64,000 nucleotides of DNA from Pelagibacterales bacterium SAG-MED20 (GTDB taxonomy: Bacteria; Pseudomonadota; Alphaproteobacteria; Pelagibacterales; Pelagibacteraceae): assembly GCA_014653975.1 (NCBI GenBank), contig JACWDR010000002.1, forward strand, positions 1,887-65,886, given 5' to 3'. Of the stretch, positions 1-9,884 are shown piece after piece (the first letter of the stretch is position 1; every line of letters begins with the position of its first letter). The position numbers were made by a program, and so were the translations under genes. The notes beneath the pieces are model-generated. The model saw only the letters and a list, made by a program, of their open reading frames with translations, searched no databases and was not told the origin of the DNA.

Positions 1-1
1 A

Positions 2-2161
2 GTTCTTTTAGATACAGATTTAGATGAAAATGACTGGGATGGGTTAATCAATGACTTTAAAAAAGTTGTTAAAGATCAAACAAAAAAAAATTTTCCACAA
101 AATGTTTTTGATCAATTATTTGGAGCAATTAGTGCAGTATTTTTATCATGGGAAAGCAATAGAGCAAAAGTTTATAGAAAATTAAATCATATATCTGCCG
201 AATGGGGAACTGCAGTTAATGTTCAATCAATGGTATTTGGTAATATGGGTAATGACTGTGCGACGGGAGTTGTTTTTACAAGAAATCCATCTGATGGAGC
301 AAATGAAGTTTATGGTGAATATTTAATTAATGCTCAAGGAGAAGATGTTGTAGCTGGAACAAGGACGCCTCAATATATTACAAAAAAAGCAAGGAAAGAT
401 GCAAAGGCAAAAGAAGATTCAATGGAAGAGTCTATGCCAAAAGTATTTAAGCAATTAGATAAAATTCTGAAAGCTTTAGAAAAACATTACAAGGATATGC
501 AGGATGTGGAGTTTACAGTTGAAAATAACAAATTGTGGATGTTACAAACAAGATCTGGAAAAAGAACTTCAAAGTCTGCAGTTAAGATTGCAGTAGATAT
601 GGTAAAAGAAAAACTAATTTCAAAAAAAGAAGCGGTAACGAGAATAGATCCAAATTCTTTAGATACATTGCTGCATCCAACATTAGATGAAAAAAGTTCA
701 ATAAATATTATTGCTAGTGGTTTACCAGCATCGCCCGGTGCCGCAAGTGGAAAAGTTGTTTTTTCTTCAGATGAAGCTGAAAGATTAAATGGAATGATGC
801 AGGACACTATTTTAGTAAGGGTTGAAACATCTCCCGAAGATATTCACGGTATGCATGCAGCAAAAGGTATTCTAACTGCAAGAGGCGGAATGACAAGTCA
901 TGCAGCTGTTGTTGCAAGAGGAATGGGTAGACCATGTGTTTCTGGTTCAAGTGAAATTGATATTAATTATGAAGCCAAATCTTTCAAAACATCATCAGTT
1001 GAAATTAAAGAAGGTGAAATTATTACAATTGATGGTTCAACTGGAAGAATTATTTCAGGAGAAGTTCCAACAGTTAAACCTGAAATATCTGGTGATTTTT
1101 CAAAGCTGATGAGTTGGGCTGATGGATTTAGAAAATTAAAAGTAAGAACTAATTCTGAAACACCATTAGACACGAAAACAGCTAGAGATTTTGGAGCAGA
1201 AGGCATAGGTCTTTGCCGAACAGAACATATGTTTTTTGATGAAGAAAGAATTCTATCAGTTAGAGAAATGATTTTATCTAAAACTACTGAAGACAGAAGT
1301 AAAGCATTATCAAAACTTTTACCACATCAAAGAAAAGATTTTGTTGAAATATTCAAGATTATGAATGGCCTGCCTGTTACAGTTAGGTTACTAGATCCAC
1401 CATTACATGAATTTCTTCCAAAAACAGAAAAAGAAATTAATGATGTTGCAAAAGTAGTGGGTCTTCCTCTAAAAGAAATTGAATCAAGAATAAATGAATT
1501 ACATGAGCAAAACCCAATGTTAGGGCATAGAGGATGTAGATTAGGAATTTCGTTTCCAGAAATTTACGAAATGCAATGTAGAGCAATATTTGAAGCTTTG
1601 TCAGAACTTAAAATAAAAAAAATTAAATCAGCATTCCCTGAAATTATGATTCCATTAGTTTCAACTGAAGCTGAAATAAGAATTATGAAAGATTTAGTAG
1701 TGAGAGTAGCAAAAGAAGTTCAAAAAGATAAAAATGTTAAAATTGATTATTTGGTTGGTACTATGATTGAATTACCTAGAGCAGCACTTAAAGCAAAAGA
1801 TATAGCAAAACATGCAGATTTTTTTAGTTTTGGAACTAATGACTTGACTCAAACAACATTTGGCCTGAGTAGAGACGACAGTGGAAAATTTTTAAATGAT
1901 TATATTGAAAATAAAATTTTCTCTATTGATCCTTTTGTTTCAATTGATGATGGAGTAGGTGATTTAGTTGAAATTGCTGTAGAAAAAGGAAAAAAACAAA
2001 ACAAAAAAATTAAACTTGGAATTTGTGGAGAACATGGTGGCGATCCAAAAAGTATTAAATTTTGTGCAAAAGCAGGTCTAAATTATGTTTCTTGTTCACC
2101 ATATAGAGTTCCTGTTGCCAGATTAGCAGCAGCACAAGCTGAAATATCAAAAAAAAACTAA
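2..2161 (+). CDS. ppdK: Pyruvate, phosphate dikinase (5' end truncated by window edge)
   Basis: Motifs GEYLINAQGEDVVAG, GGMTSHAAVVARG (phospho-His), GIGLCRTEHM, FSFGTNDLTQ, GICGEHGG; frame reads open from position 2 (VLLDTDLDENDW...), so the gene starts before the window. Confidence 0.97.
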   Translation, partial: VLLDTDLDENDWDGLINDFKKVVKDQTKKNFPQNVFDQLFGAISAVFLSWESNRAKVYRKLNHISAEWGTAVNVQSMVFGNMGNDCATGVVFTRNPSDGANEVYGEYLINAQGEDVVAGTRTPQYITKKARKDAKAKEDSMEESMPKVFKQLDKILKALEKHYKDMQDVEFTVENNKLWMLQTRSGKRTSKSAVKIAVDMVKEKLISKKEAVTRIDPNSLDTLLHPTLDEKSSINIIASGLPASPGAASGKVVFSSDEAERLNGMMQDTILVRVETSPEDIHGMHAAKGILTARGGMTSHAAVVARGMGRPCVSGSSEIDINYEAKSFKTSSVEIKEGEIITIDGSTGRIISGEVPTVKPEISGDFSKLMSWADGFRKLKVRTNSETPLDTKTARDFGAEGIGLCRTEHMFFDEERILSVREMILSKTTEDRSKALSKLLPHQRKDFVEIFKIMNGLPVTVRLLDPPLHEFLPKTEKEINDVAKVVGLPLKEIESRINELHEQNPMLGHRGCRLGISFPEIYEMQCRAIFEALSELKIKKIKSAFPEIMIPLVSTEAEIRIMKDLVVRVAKEVQKDKNVKIDYLVGTMIELPRAALKAKDIAKHADFFSFGTNDLTQTTFGLSRDDSGKFLNDYIENKIFSIDPFVSIDDGVGDLVEIAVEKGKKQNKKIKLGICGEHGGDPKSIKFCAKAGLNYVSCSPYRVPVARLAAAQAEISKKN

Positions 2162-2991
2162 ATTTGTAATTTAAAATCAATAGCAGATGCGCTGTGAGTG
2201 ATACTACCTATTGAAATTCTATCAACGCCTGTTGCTGCAATTTTTTTAATTGATTCTAGGGTTATATTTCCTGAAGCTTCAGTTTCGTAATATTTTTTGG
2301 CAATTTTAATACCAGCTCTAAGTGTTTTGCTATTCATGTTATCAAATAGAACTGTATTAAATTTTAAACCCATTATTTGTTTAAGTTGTTTTAAATTATC
2401 AACCTCTACAGTAATTTTTTTTCCTTTTTTATTTTTAATTGCAAGATTCACTAAAGTTTTAATATCTGAACTTGCTATATGATTATCTTTAATTAGAAAT
2501 TCATCACTTAGATTAAATCTATGGTTTGTACCTCCACCCAACTTCACAGCATATTTTTGTATTACTCTTAAGGTTGGGATTGTTTTTCTAGTGCAGCAAA
2601 TTTTACTTTTTTTATTAACTAACTTAACAAATTGATTGGTTTTAGTGGCAATTCCAGAGATATGACTCATAAAGTTTAAAGCAACTCTTTCACCAATTAG
2701 AATATTTTCAGCCTTGCCCTCAATTATTGCAACTACATTATTTTTTTTAACTAATGAGCCTTCTTTCCTTTTAATAATAAATTTAATTTTAGTATCAATT
2801 AATTTAAATGTTTGCTTAGCAAACTCTAAACCAGCAATCATTGCTTGTTGATTAGAAATTAATTTAACCTTTATGATTTTTGTATTTTTAACTAAGCCTG
2901 AAGTAATGTCACCATTGGGATAAAGATCTTCATTTAAAGCACGCTTAACAATATTTTTAATATAATAATTACTTAGTTTAATTTTAGCCAC
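2158..2991 (-). CDS. nadC: Quinolinate phosphoribosyltransferase (nicotinate-nucleotide diphosphorylase)
   Basis: TRKTIP, KYAVKLGGGTNHRFNLSD, LIKDNH, VEVD, EASGNI motifs. Confidence 0.96.
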   Translation of the reverse strand: MAKIKLSNYYIKNIVKRALNEDLYPNGDITSGLVKNTKIIKVKLISNQQAMIAGLEFAKQTFKLIDTKIKFIIKRKEGSLVKKNNVVAIIEGKAENILIGERVALNFMSHISGIATKTNQFVKLVNKKSKICCTRKTIPTLRVIQKYAVKLGGGTNHRFNLSDEFLIKDNHIASSDIKTLVNLAIKNKKGKKITVEVDNLKQLKQIMGLKFNTVLFDNMNSKTLRAGIKIAKKYYETEASGNITLESIKKIAATGVDRISIGSITHSASAIDFKLQI

Positions 2992-2996
2992 TTTTA

Positions 2997-3986
2997 TTAT
3001 CTGCCGATTGCAGCCATTCTTTCAACAGGAATTCTAGCTTTTTCTATTGTCTCTTTATCCATTACGATTTCACCAGTTTCATTTTCTAGACAGTCTAAAA
3101 TTTTAGGTAAGGTAATTCTTTTCATATGAGGACAAAGGTTACACGGTCTAATAAATTCTACATTTGGATTTTCTACTTGAATATTATCACTCATTGAACA
3201 CTCAGTCACCATCATTACTTTTTTAGGTTGATTGTCCTCTACATATTTTATCATGCCCCCAGTTGATCCAGCAAAATCACTTGCTTTAATTACTTCAGGT
3301 GGACATTCTGGATGTGCTATAATTTTAATGCCAGGGTTTTTTTCTCTAATAGAATGTATCTCTTTTTCATTAAACTGTTCATGAACCATGCAAATACCTT
3401 TCCAGGCAATAATTTCAACATCTGTTTGAGAAGCTACATACTTAGCTAGGTAATCATCAGGTAAAAAAATAACTTTTTTAACCCCAAGAGATTCAACAAT
3501 TTTTACTGCATTAGCAGACGTACAACAAATATCAGTTTCTGCTTTTACTTCTGCAGATGTGTTTACATAAGATACAACCGGTACACCTGGATATTTTTTT
3601 TTTAGCAACCTTACATCTTTACCAGTAACCGATGATGATAAAGAACAACCAGCATTCATATCTGGTAGCAAAACTTTTTTTTCAGGACACATTAATTTAG
3701 AAGTTTCAGCCATGAAATGTACACCAGCCATAACAATTATATCAGCTTTAGTTTTTGCAGCTTCAATTGCAAGAGCAAGGGAGTCAGCCGCAACATCTGC
3801 AATACCATGATAAATTTCTGGAGTTTGATAATTATGCGCAAGCACTATGGCATTTTTTTCTTTTTTCAATTGATTGATTTTATGAATATAAGGAGCGTGA
3901 ACAGACCACTCAATCTCAGGCATAACTTTAGAGATTTTTTGATAAATAGGATCAGTTGCAATTCTTATTTCAGGTGTAAATTCCAT
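2997..3986 (-). CDS. nadA: Quinolinate synthase
   Basis: LAHNYQ, GVHFMAE, AGCSL, YVNTSA, HPEC, CPHMK motifs; ATG at 3986 preferred over the track's start at 4001. Confidence 0.96.
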   Translation of the reverse strand: MEFTPEIRIATDPIYQKISKVMPEIEWSVHAPYIHKINQLKKEKNAIVLAHNYQTPEIYHGIADVAADSLALAIEAAKTKADIIVMAGVHFMAETSKLMCPEKKVLLPDMNAGCSLSSSVTGKDVRLLKKKYPGVPVVSYVNTSAEVKAETDICCTSANAVKIVESLGVKKVIFLPDDYLAKYVASQTDVEIIAWKGICMVHEQFNEKEIHSIREKNPGIKIIAHPECPPEVIKASDFAGSTGGMIKYVEDNQPKKVMMVTECSMSDNIQVENPNVEFIRPCNLCPHMKRITLPKILDCLENETGEIVMDKETIEKARIPVERMAAIGR

Positions 3987-4037
3987 ATTAAAATCTATCA
4001 ATTTGGTCAGTGCTTGTCATTCCCTTATTATGCCACA

Positions 4038-4925
4038 CTACTTGATCCAATCTGGTATTTTTATTCTTATAACTCCATTTTTACTTTTTAATTCACTGTT
4101 CTCTTTGAATTCATCATCCAAATATTTAATTAAAGCAAAAGGATATTTGTCATTAATTAAGATTTTACCTATTTCAACATTGTTCAAGTAGATTGGCTCC
4201 CCTTCACTTAATTTACCACTAACTAATTGAACTGGTAATAGTCTTTTTGAAAGTTTATTTTTCAGCTTTATTCTAGCTGTATTTTCTTGGCCCACATAGC
4301 AGCCTTTTTTAAAATCTATTGCATTAAGTTCTTCAAAATTACACTCAATTCCAAATAGTTTGTTTTGCAACATGTTCATATTTTTTTGAACTATTCCTAA
4401 TTCGTGACTTAATTTATAGTATTCGTCAATTTTAGAGTCTTTTAACTCTAATTTTTTTAAGGATAGATAAAGTTTTTCTAAATTAATAATAAGTCTTGCA
4501 CCAAGATCTTTATTTCTAGGATCTAGTAATATAGAATCCTCTCTATATTTAATTGTATTTCCAGGCTCATCTTTAGCACCCTTAAATTTTAAAAATTTAT
4601 CCCTATTAAAGGCTGCAATTACAAACTCGTTACTTAAATTCATAATTTCAACATTTGATCTGAGTTTATAAATACTAAGCTGCTTAAAAAGAGGTTCTGC
4701 TTGAGATTTTTCACAATCTATGAAAAATCCGGATTTATGTTTAACAATAATAAAAGCAAATAAAAATTTTCCTTGTGGAGTTAATAATGATGCAAAACAA
4801 CTATTAGTTTCACTTACTTTATTAATGTCATTACTGATAAGATTTTGTAAAAATTCTTTAACATCTGCTCCATTTACAAAGAGAATCCCTCTATCTTCTA
4901 AAATATATACATTGTTAGTATTCAT
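4038..4925 (-). CDS. ygfZ: Folate-binding Fe-S cluster assembly/repair protein YgfZ
   Basis: KGCYVGQE signature, LLTPQGK; ATG at 4925 avoids overlap with the divergent pyrC. Confidence 0.93.
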   Translation of the reverse strand: MNTNNVYILEDRGILFVNGADVKEFLQNLISNDINKVSETNSCFASLLTPQGKFLFAFIIVKHKSGFFIDCEKSQAEPLFKQLSIYKLRSNVEIMNLSNEFVIAAFNRDKFLKFKGAKDEPGNTIKYREDSILLDPRNKDLGARLIINLEKLYLSLKKLELKDSKIDEYYKLSHELGIVQKNMNMLQNKLFGIECNFEELNAIDFKKGCYVGQENTARIKLKNKLSKRLLPVQLVSGKLSEGEPIYLNNVEIGKILINDKYPFALIKYLDDEFKENSELKSKNGVIRIKIPDWIK

Positions 4926-4968
4926 AATTGATTGATGACTAAATATAATATAATAACTTTTTTTATAA

Positions 4969-6276
4969 ATGTTAGATCTAATAATCAAAAATGGCTCATG
5001 TTACATAGATAAAGATCTAAAAGATCAAGATATTGCAATCAAAGATGGTAAAATTGTTAAGATTGGTAAAATTGAAGTAGAAGCTAAAGAAATTTATGAT
5101 GCTAAAGGTTTAATAGTTTTACCTGGGTGCATTGATACACAAACTCATTTTAGAGAACCTGGCTCAACTGATACTGAAGACCTTCATTCAGGAAGTAGAG
5201 CGGCAATAGTAGGTGGTATCACAAGTGTTTTTGAGATGCCAAACACTAATCCACCAACATCAACTAAGCTAGAGTTTCAAAAAAAATTAGATCTCGCCAA
5301 AAATAGAATGTATTGTAACTATGCATTTTATTTTGGTGCAACAGCTGATAATGCAAGTGAGTTAGCAGATTTAGTAAATTTAGAGGGTTGTTGTGGAATT
5401 AAACTTTTTGCTGGGTCATCAACTGGAAACCTTTTAGTTGCTGAGGAAGAAGATATTGAAAAAGTATTTCAAAGTAGCTCTAAAGTTGTTGCGGTACATT
5501 CTGAAGATGAAGCAATTTTAAATATTAATAAAAAATTAATCAAAAATGGTGACGTTCATTCACACCCAGTTTGGAGAAGTGTTGAATGTGCAATCTCGTC
5601 AACTAGAAGAATAGTTAGAATTGCTGAACGCTATAAGAAAAAAGCTCATATTCTACATATTACCACAAAAGAAGAGATCGATTTTTTATCTCAACACAAA
5701 GGAAACATAACATTTGAGATTACTCCACAACATTTAACAATCTATGCTCCAGATTGCTATGATAAACTTGGAACTTATGCTCAAATGAATCCTCCTTTAA
5801 GAGATAAGTCTCATTATGATAGATTGTGGTACGGAGTAAAAAATAATCTTAACGATACAATAGGTTCAGATCACGCTCCCCATTTAAAAAAAAATAAAGA
5901 AAAAAAATATCCAAACTCACCATCTGGAATGCCTGGGGTCCAAACACTTTTACCAGTTATGCTAAATCATGTTAACAATGGGAAGTTAAGCCTTGAACAG
6001 TTAATGAATTCTATATGTGAAAATCCAGTAAAGATATTTGGGATTAAGGATAAAGGCTTTATCAAAGAAGATTTCGATGCAGATTTTACAATTGTAGATA
6101 TGAATAAAAAAATAATTATTAAAGATGAAAATATTGAAAGTAAATGTGGGTGGACACCCTTTAATAATTTTGAATTTAAAGGAGCACCTATATCAACAAT
6201 TATATCTGGTCAAATTAAAATGAGAGATGGAAAAATTTTGGGCGATCCAGAGGGAACTCCTTTAAAATTTAAATAG
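4969..6276 (+). CDS. pyrC: Dihydroorotase (amidohydrolase family)
   Basis: IDTQTHFREPG, EMPNT, MNPPLR, SDHAPH motifs. Confidence 0.9.
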   Translation: MLDLIIKNGSCYIDKDLKDQDIAIKDGKIVKIGKIEVEAKEIYDAKGLIVLPGCIDTQTHFREPGSTDTEDLHSGSRAAIVGGITSVFEMPNTNPPTSTKLEFQKKLDLAKNRMYCNYAFYFGATADNASELADLVNLEGCCGIKLFAGSSTGNLLVAEEEDIEKVFQSSSKVVAVHSEDEAILNINKKLIKNGDVHSHPVWRSVECAISSTRRIVRIAERYKKKAHILHITTKEEIDFLSQHKGNITFEITPQHLTIYAPDCYDKLGTYAQMNPPLRDKSHYDRLWYGVKNNLNDTIGSDHAPHLKKNKEKKYPNSPSGMPGVQTLLPVMLNHVNNGKLSLEQLMNSICENPVKIFGIKDKGFIKEDFDADFTIVDMNKKIIIKDENIESKCGWTPFNNFEFKGAPISTIISGQIKMRDGKILGDPEGTPLKFK

Positions 6277-6601
6277 TTTTTGCTGAAAAGCTATTTACAA
6301 GCACAACTCCAAAAACAATAAAGAACAACCCTAATACAGCTTGCCAAGATAATGATTGTTTAAAGAAAGCATATCCCAATATTGCAACCGTAAATACTCC
6401 AAGACCACTCCATGTTGCATAAACAATCGCAATTGGAATTTTATCAACTACAAAAGTTATAAGATAAAAAGATAACAGATAAAAAACTGCAAGAGTAACG
6501 GTTGGAATAATTTTGGTAAAATTTTGTGAAACTGGTAACAACATCGTTCCACCCACTTCAAAAAAGATTGCAACTATTAAAATTAGATATGTTTTAATCA
6601 C
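6269..6601 (-). CDS. SMR/DMT family small multidrug-type transporter
   Basis: 110 aa, 4 hydrophobic segments, membrane Glu in IFFEV, YATWSGLG motif. Confidence 0.9.
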   Translation of the reverse strand: MIKTYLILIVAIFFEVGGTMLLPVSQNFTKIIPTVTLAVFYLLSFYLITFVVDKIPIAIVYATWSGLGVFTVAILGYAFFKQSLSWQAVLGLFFIVFGVVLVNSFSAKTI

Positions 6602-8496
6602 TTTTTAAGAATATCATTTTTAATTAAATCTTTTTCTATCTCAGTTAAGATAGCTGGATCATCAATTGTTGCTGGTATTTTGTATTCTTCTCTGTCAGCA
6701 ATTTTTCTAATGGTTCCTCTTAATATTTTACCAGATCTTGTTTTTGGTAACCTTTTAATAACAATTACAATTTTAAATGCAGCAACTGGTCCAATTTTAT
6801 CTCTAACCATCTGGATGCATTCTTTAGAAATTGTTTTATGATCTTTTTCAACACCAGATTTAAGAACGACTAAACCAATTGGTAGTTGTCCTTTTAGCTT
6901 ATCAGCAATTCCTAGCACTGCGCATTCAGCAACTGATTGATGTTCTGATAAAACTTCTTCTATAGCTCCTGTTGATAACCTATGGCCTGCTACATTAATG
7001 ATATCATCTGTTCTAGACATAATCCAAATATAACCATCTTCATCTATGTGACCTGCGTCGTAAGTCTCATAGTAGCCCTCATAATTAGTCATGTAATTAT
7101 CTTTGTATCTTTTGTCTGCGTTCCACAATGTTGGGAAAGTTCCAGGAGGTAATGGAAGTTTGACTACGATATCTCCCATTTCATTTGGTTTGGCTAATGT
7201 TTGGTCTGGTTTAATTATTCTTACATCGTAACCAGGAACTGCCTTACAAGCTGAACCATATTTTGTTTCCATCATCTCTATCCCCGTACAATTGGAGCTA
7301 ATTGCCCAGCTAGTTTCAGTTTGCCACCAGTGGTCAATTACGGGAACTTTTAATAAATTTTCAGCCCATTTGATTGTGTCTGGGTCTGCTCTTTCCCCTG
7401 CTAAAAATAACGACTCAAATTTGCTTAAATCATATTTAGAAAAAAATTTACCTTCAGGGTCTTCTTTTTTAATAGCTCTAAATGCAGTTGGAGCAGTAAA
7501 AAGAGATTTAACTTTATAGTCAGAAATTATTTTCCAAAATGCACCAGCATCAGGAGTACCAACTGGCTTACCTTCAAATAATACTGTGGTGCAACCTTTA
7601 AACAAAGGGGCATACACAATATACGAATGACCCACTATCCAGCCTATATCACTTGCTGACCACCATACATCATTAGCATCAATGTTATAGATATTTTTCA
7701 TAGTCCATTTTAGAGCAACTATATGACCACCAATATCCCTGACTATTCCTTTAGGAACACCTGTGGTTCCTGAGGTGTATAAAATATAAGCAAGATCATT
7801 TGAACTCATCTCCACACAATCTACCTCTTCAGAGTTGGAAAGAGCTTCATTCCAACTTATCTCTTTTGGAGCATTTAATTTTGCTTCATTTCCAGGTCTT
7901 TGAAAAAGAATTGTTTTTTCTATTTTATGAGAAGCTATTTTTATGGCTTCATCCACTAAAGGTTTGTATTCAACTGTTCTTCCTGGTTCAAATCCACAAG
8001 AAGCCGTCACTAATATTTTTGCTTTGCTATCATCGATTCTACTCGCCAATTCACTTGATGCAAAACCACCAAATACCACTGAGTGAATAGCTCCAATTCT
8101 TCCACATGCTAACATTGCAATCACAGCCTCAGGTATCATAGGCATATAGATTATCACTCTATCACCTTTATTTACTCCTTGGTTTCTGAGAGCTCCTGCA
8201 AACTTTGAAACTTTTACTTTTAATTCTTTGTATGTGAACTGTTTTTTGTTTGCAGTTATTGGACTGTCATAGATTAAAGCAAGCTTATCACCTCTGCCCT
8301 GGTCTATATGAATATCTAAAGCATTATAGCAAGTGTTAGTAACACCATCCTCAAACCATTTATAAAAGGGTGGGTTAGATTTATTTAAAATTTTACTCGG
8401 TTTCTTAAACCAAAAAATATCATTTGAGATTTCTTGCCAAAATTTTTCAGGGTTTTTTATAGAATTTTCATAAATCTTATTAAATTTGACACTCAT
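6598..8496 (-). CDS. prpE: Propionyl-CoA synthetase / acyl-CoA ligase
   Basis: YILYTSGTTGVPKG, DHWWQTET, LPKTRSGKILR; FEGKPVGTPDAG typical of PrpE. Confidence 0.88.
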   Translation of the reverse strand: MSVKFNKIYENSIKNPEKFWQEISNDIFWFKKPSKILNKSNPPFYKWFEDGVTNTCYNALDIHIDQGRGDKLALIYDSPITANKKQFTYKELKVKVSKFAGALRNQGVNKGDRVIIYMPMIPEAVIAMLACGRIGAIHSVVFGGFASSELASRIDDSKAKILVTASCGFEPGRTVEYKPLVDEAIKIASHKIEKTILFQRPGNEAKLNAPKEISWNEALSNSEEVDCVEMSSNDLAYILYTSGTTGVPKGIVRDIGGHIVALKWTMKNIYNIDANDVWWSASDIGWIVGHSYIVYAPLFKGCTTVLFEGKPVGTPDAGAFWKIISDYKVKSLFTAPTAFRAIKKEDPEGKFFSKYDLSKFESLFLAGERADPDTIKWAENLLKVPVIDHWWQTETSWAISSNCTGIEMMETKYGSACKAVPGYDVRIIKPDQTLAKPNEMGDIVVKLPLPPGTFPTLWNADKRYKDNYMTNYEGYYETYDAGHIDEDGYIWIMSRTDDIINVAGHRLSTGAIEEVLSEHQSVAECAVLGIADKLKGQLPIGLVVLKSGVEKDHKTISKECIQMVRDKIGPVAAFKIVIVIKRLPKTRSGKILRGTIRKIADREEYKIPATIDDPAILTEIEKDLIKNDILKK

Positions 8497-8628
8497 TATA
8501 ATTGATTCTCTTTTGTTGTTATTTACGACTTATTAAATTAAAAATTGTATTAAAATTTAAAAAGTAAGTAAAATCAACCCAAATTAGTCACAATTAAACC
8601 TTCTAAAAACTGAATATATTTGATATCT

Positions 8629-8710
8629 AACCACCAACATGGTTTAAAATTTGTTTAAACCTAGTTTATATAAACTAAAGTTAAAAACTAACAATAAGAG
8701 GGAGTTTTTT
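8629..8710 (+). promoter_or_regulatory. Proteorhodopsin upstream region with inverted repeats and SD
   Basis: GGTTTAAA-N5-TTTAAACC (8641-8661), perfect palindrome TAGTTTATATAAACTA (8662-8677), GGGAG SD ending at 8704 before ATG 8711. Confidence 0.45.
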
Positions 8711-9481
8711 ATGAAAAAACTAAAATTGTTTGCTCTTACAGCTGTAGCCCTAATGGGTGCTTCAGGTGTAGCAAACGCAGAAACTGCGATGTTAGCTACT
8801 GATGACTTTGTTGGAATTTCTTTTTGGGTAATTTCAATGGGTATGTTAGCTGCTACAGCATTCTTTTTCTTAGAAGTTGGAAGTGTTTCAGCAGCCTGGA
8901 GAACATCAGTTACTGTTGCAGGACTTGTTACTGGTATAGCATTTATACACTACATGTACATGAGAGGTGTATGGGTACAAACTGGGGACTCACCAACTGT
9001 TTACAGATATATCGATTGGTTAATCACTGTTCCATTACAGATGGTAGAATTCTACTTAATTCTAGCTGCTGTAGGTAAAGCAAATTCAGGAATGTTCTGG
9101 AGATTGTTAATTGGTTCAGTTGTGATGCTAGTTGGAGGATATTTAGGAGAAGCAGGATACATCAATGAAATGCTTGGTTTTGTAATCGGTATGGCAGGAT
9201 GGATCTATATTCTTTATGAAGTATTTTCAGGTGAAGCTGGTAAAGCAGCAGCAAAAAGTGGAAACAAAGCTCTTGTTACTGCTTTTGGTGCAATGAGAAT
9301 GATCGTTACAGTAGGTTGGGCAATTTATCCATTAGGTTATGTATTTGGTTACTTAACAGGTGGTGTAGATGCTAACTCACTAAACGTGATTTATAACTTA
9401 GCAGACTTCTTAAACAAAATTGCTTTTGGTCTAGTAATTTGGGCTGCAGCTACACAAGCAGGTGGAAGAAGAGCTAGATAA
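8711..9481 (+). CDS. Proteorhodopsin (DTE proton pump, Q105 blue-absorbing type)
   Basis: RYIDWLITVPLQMVEF (D97/T101/Q105/E108 equivalents), retinal Lys in DFLNKIAFG, signal peptide MKKLKLFALTA; SD-preceded ATG at 8711. Confidence 0.98.
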   Translation: MKKLKLFALTAVALMGASGVANAETAMLATDDFVGISFWVISMGMLAATAFFFLEVGSVSAAWRTSVTVAGLVTGIAFIHYMYMRGVWVQTGDSPTVYRYIDWLITVPLQMVEFYLILAAVGKANSGMFWRLLIGSVVMLVGGYLGEAGYINEMLGFVIGMAGWIYILYEVFSGEAGKAAAKSGNKALVTAFGAMRMIVTVGWAIYPLGYVFGYLTGGVDANSLNVIYNLADFLNKIAFGLVIWAAATQAGGRRAR

Positions 9482-9507
9482 TTAGTAAAACCTAAATAAT
9501 TTAAATT

Positions 9508-9544
9508 AGGGCGAGTACGTTATACGTACTTGCCCTTTTTTTTT
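9508..9544 (+). terminator. Intrinsic terminator after proteorhodopsin
   Basis: AGGGCGAGTACGT-TAT-ACGTACTTGCCCT followed by a T-tract. Confidence 0.9.
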
Positions 9545-9563
9545 AAGTAATTATATATATTTC

Positions 9564-9884
9564 ATGGCCAAAGTTACCTATATAGAAAACAGTGGAAATT
9601 CACATACTATAGAAATAGCTAATGGATTGAGTGTAATGGAGGGAGCTGTTCAAAATGATATACCTGGTATAGATGCTGATTGTGGAGGGGGTATGGCATG
9701 CGCAACTTGCCATGTGTATGTTAAAGAAGAATGGCTTGATAAACTTATAAAAAAAGAAGATGGAGAAGAAGATATGTTGGATATGGCCTACGAACCAAAA
9801 AAAAATAGTAGACTAAGTTGCCAAATAATAGTTTCGGATGAATTGGACGGATTAACAGTTAATATTCCGATAAAGCAAGGTTAA
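9564..9884 (+). CDS. fdx: 2Fe-2S ferredoxin (adrenodoxin/putidaredoxin type)
   Basis: [12 protein letters not shown] and SRLSCQ. Confidence 0.95.
   Translation: MAKVTYIENSGNSHTIEIANGLSVMEGAVQNDIPGIDADCGGGMACATCHVYVKEEWLDKLIKKEDGEEDMLDMAYEPKKNSRLSCQIIVSDELDGLTVNIPIKQG

Noticed and set aside
487-1206. Short alternative-frame and antisense ORFs inside ppdK (and similar ones in prpE, recA, guaB, NCS1, acnA and others)
   Set aside because: They are shadows of well-supported genes with no motifs or RBS; antisense frames stay open because of codon bias
3987-4037. Slightly GC-richer spacer upstream of nadA as a possible NAD riboswitch or NrtR site
   Set aside because: Only a weak mismatched hairpin; too short and no recognisable consensus
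4969-6276. pyrC as an allantoinase or inactive enzyme because of QxH instead of HxH
   Set aside because: The HFREPG substrate-binding Arg and other DHOase motifs are intact, QxH is a variant I recognise in this subgroup, and PuuE already provides allantoinase
8651-8710. Track's N-terminal extension of proteorhodopsin from TTG 8651
   Set aside because: ATG 8711 has an SD and begins the signal peptide; the extension covers the palindromic leader
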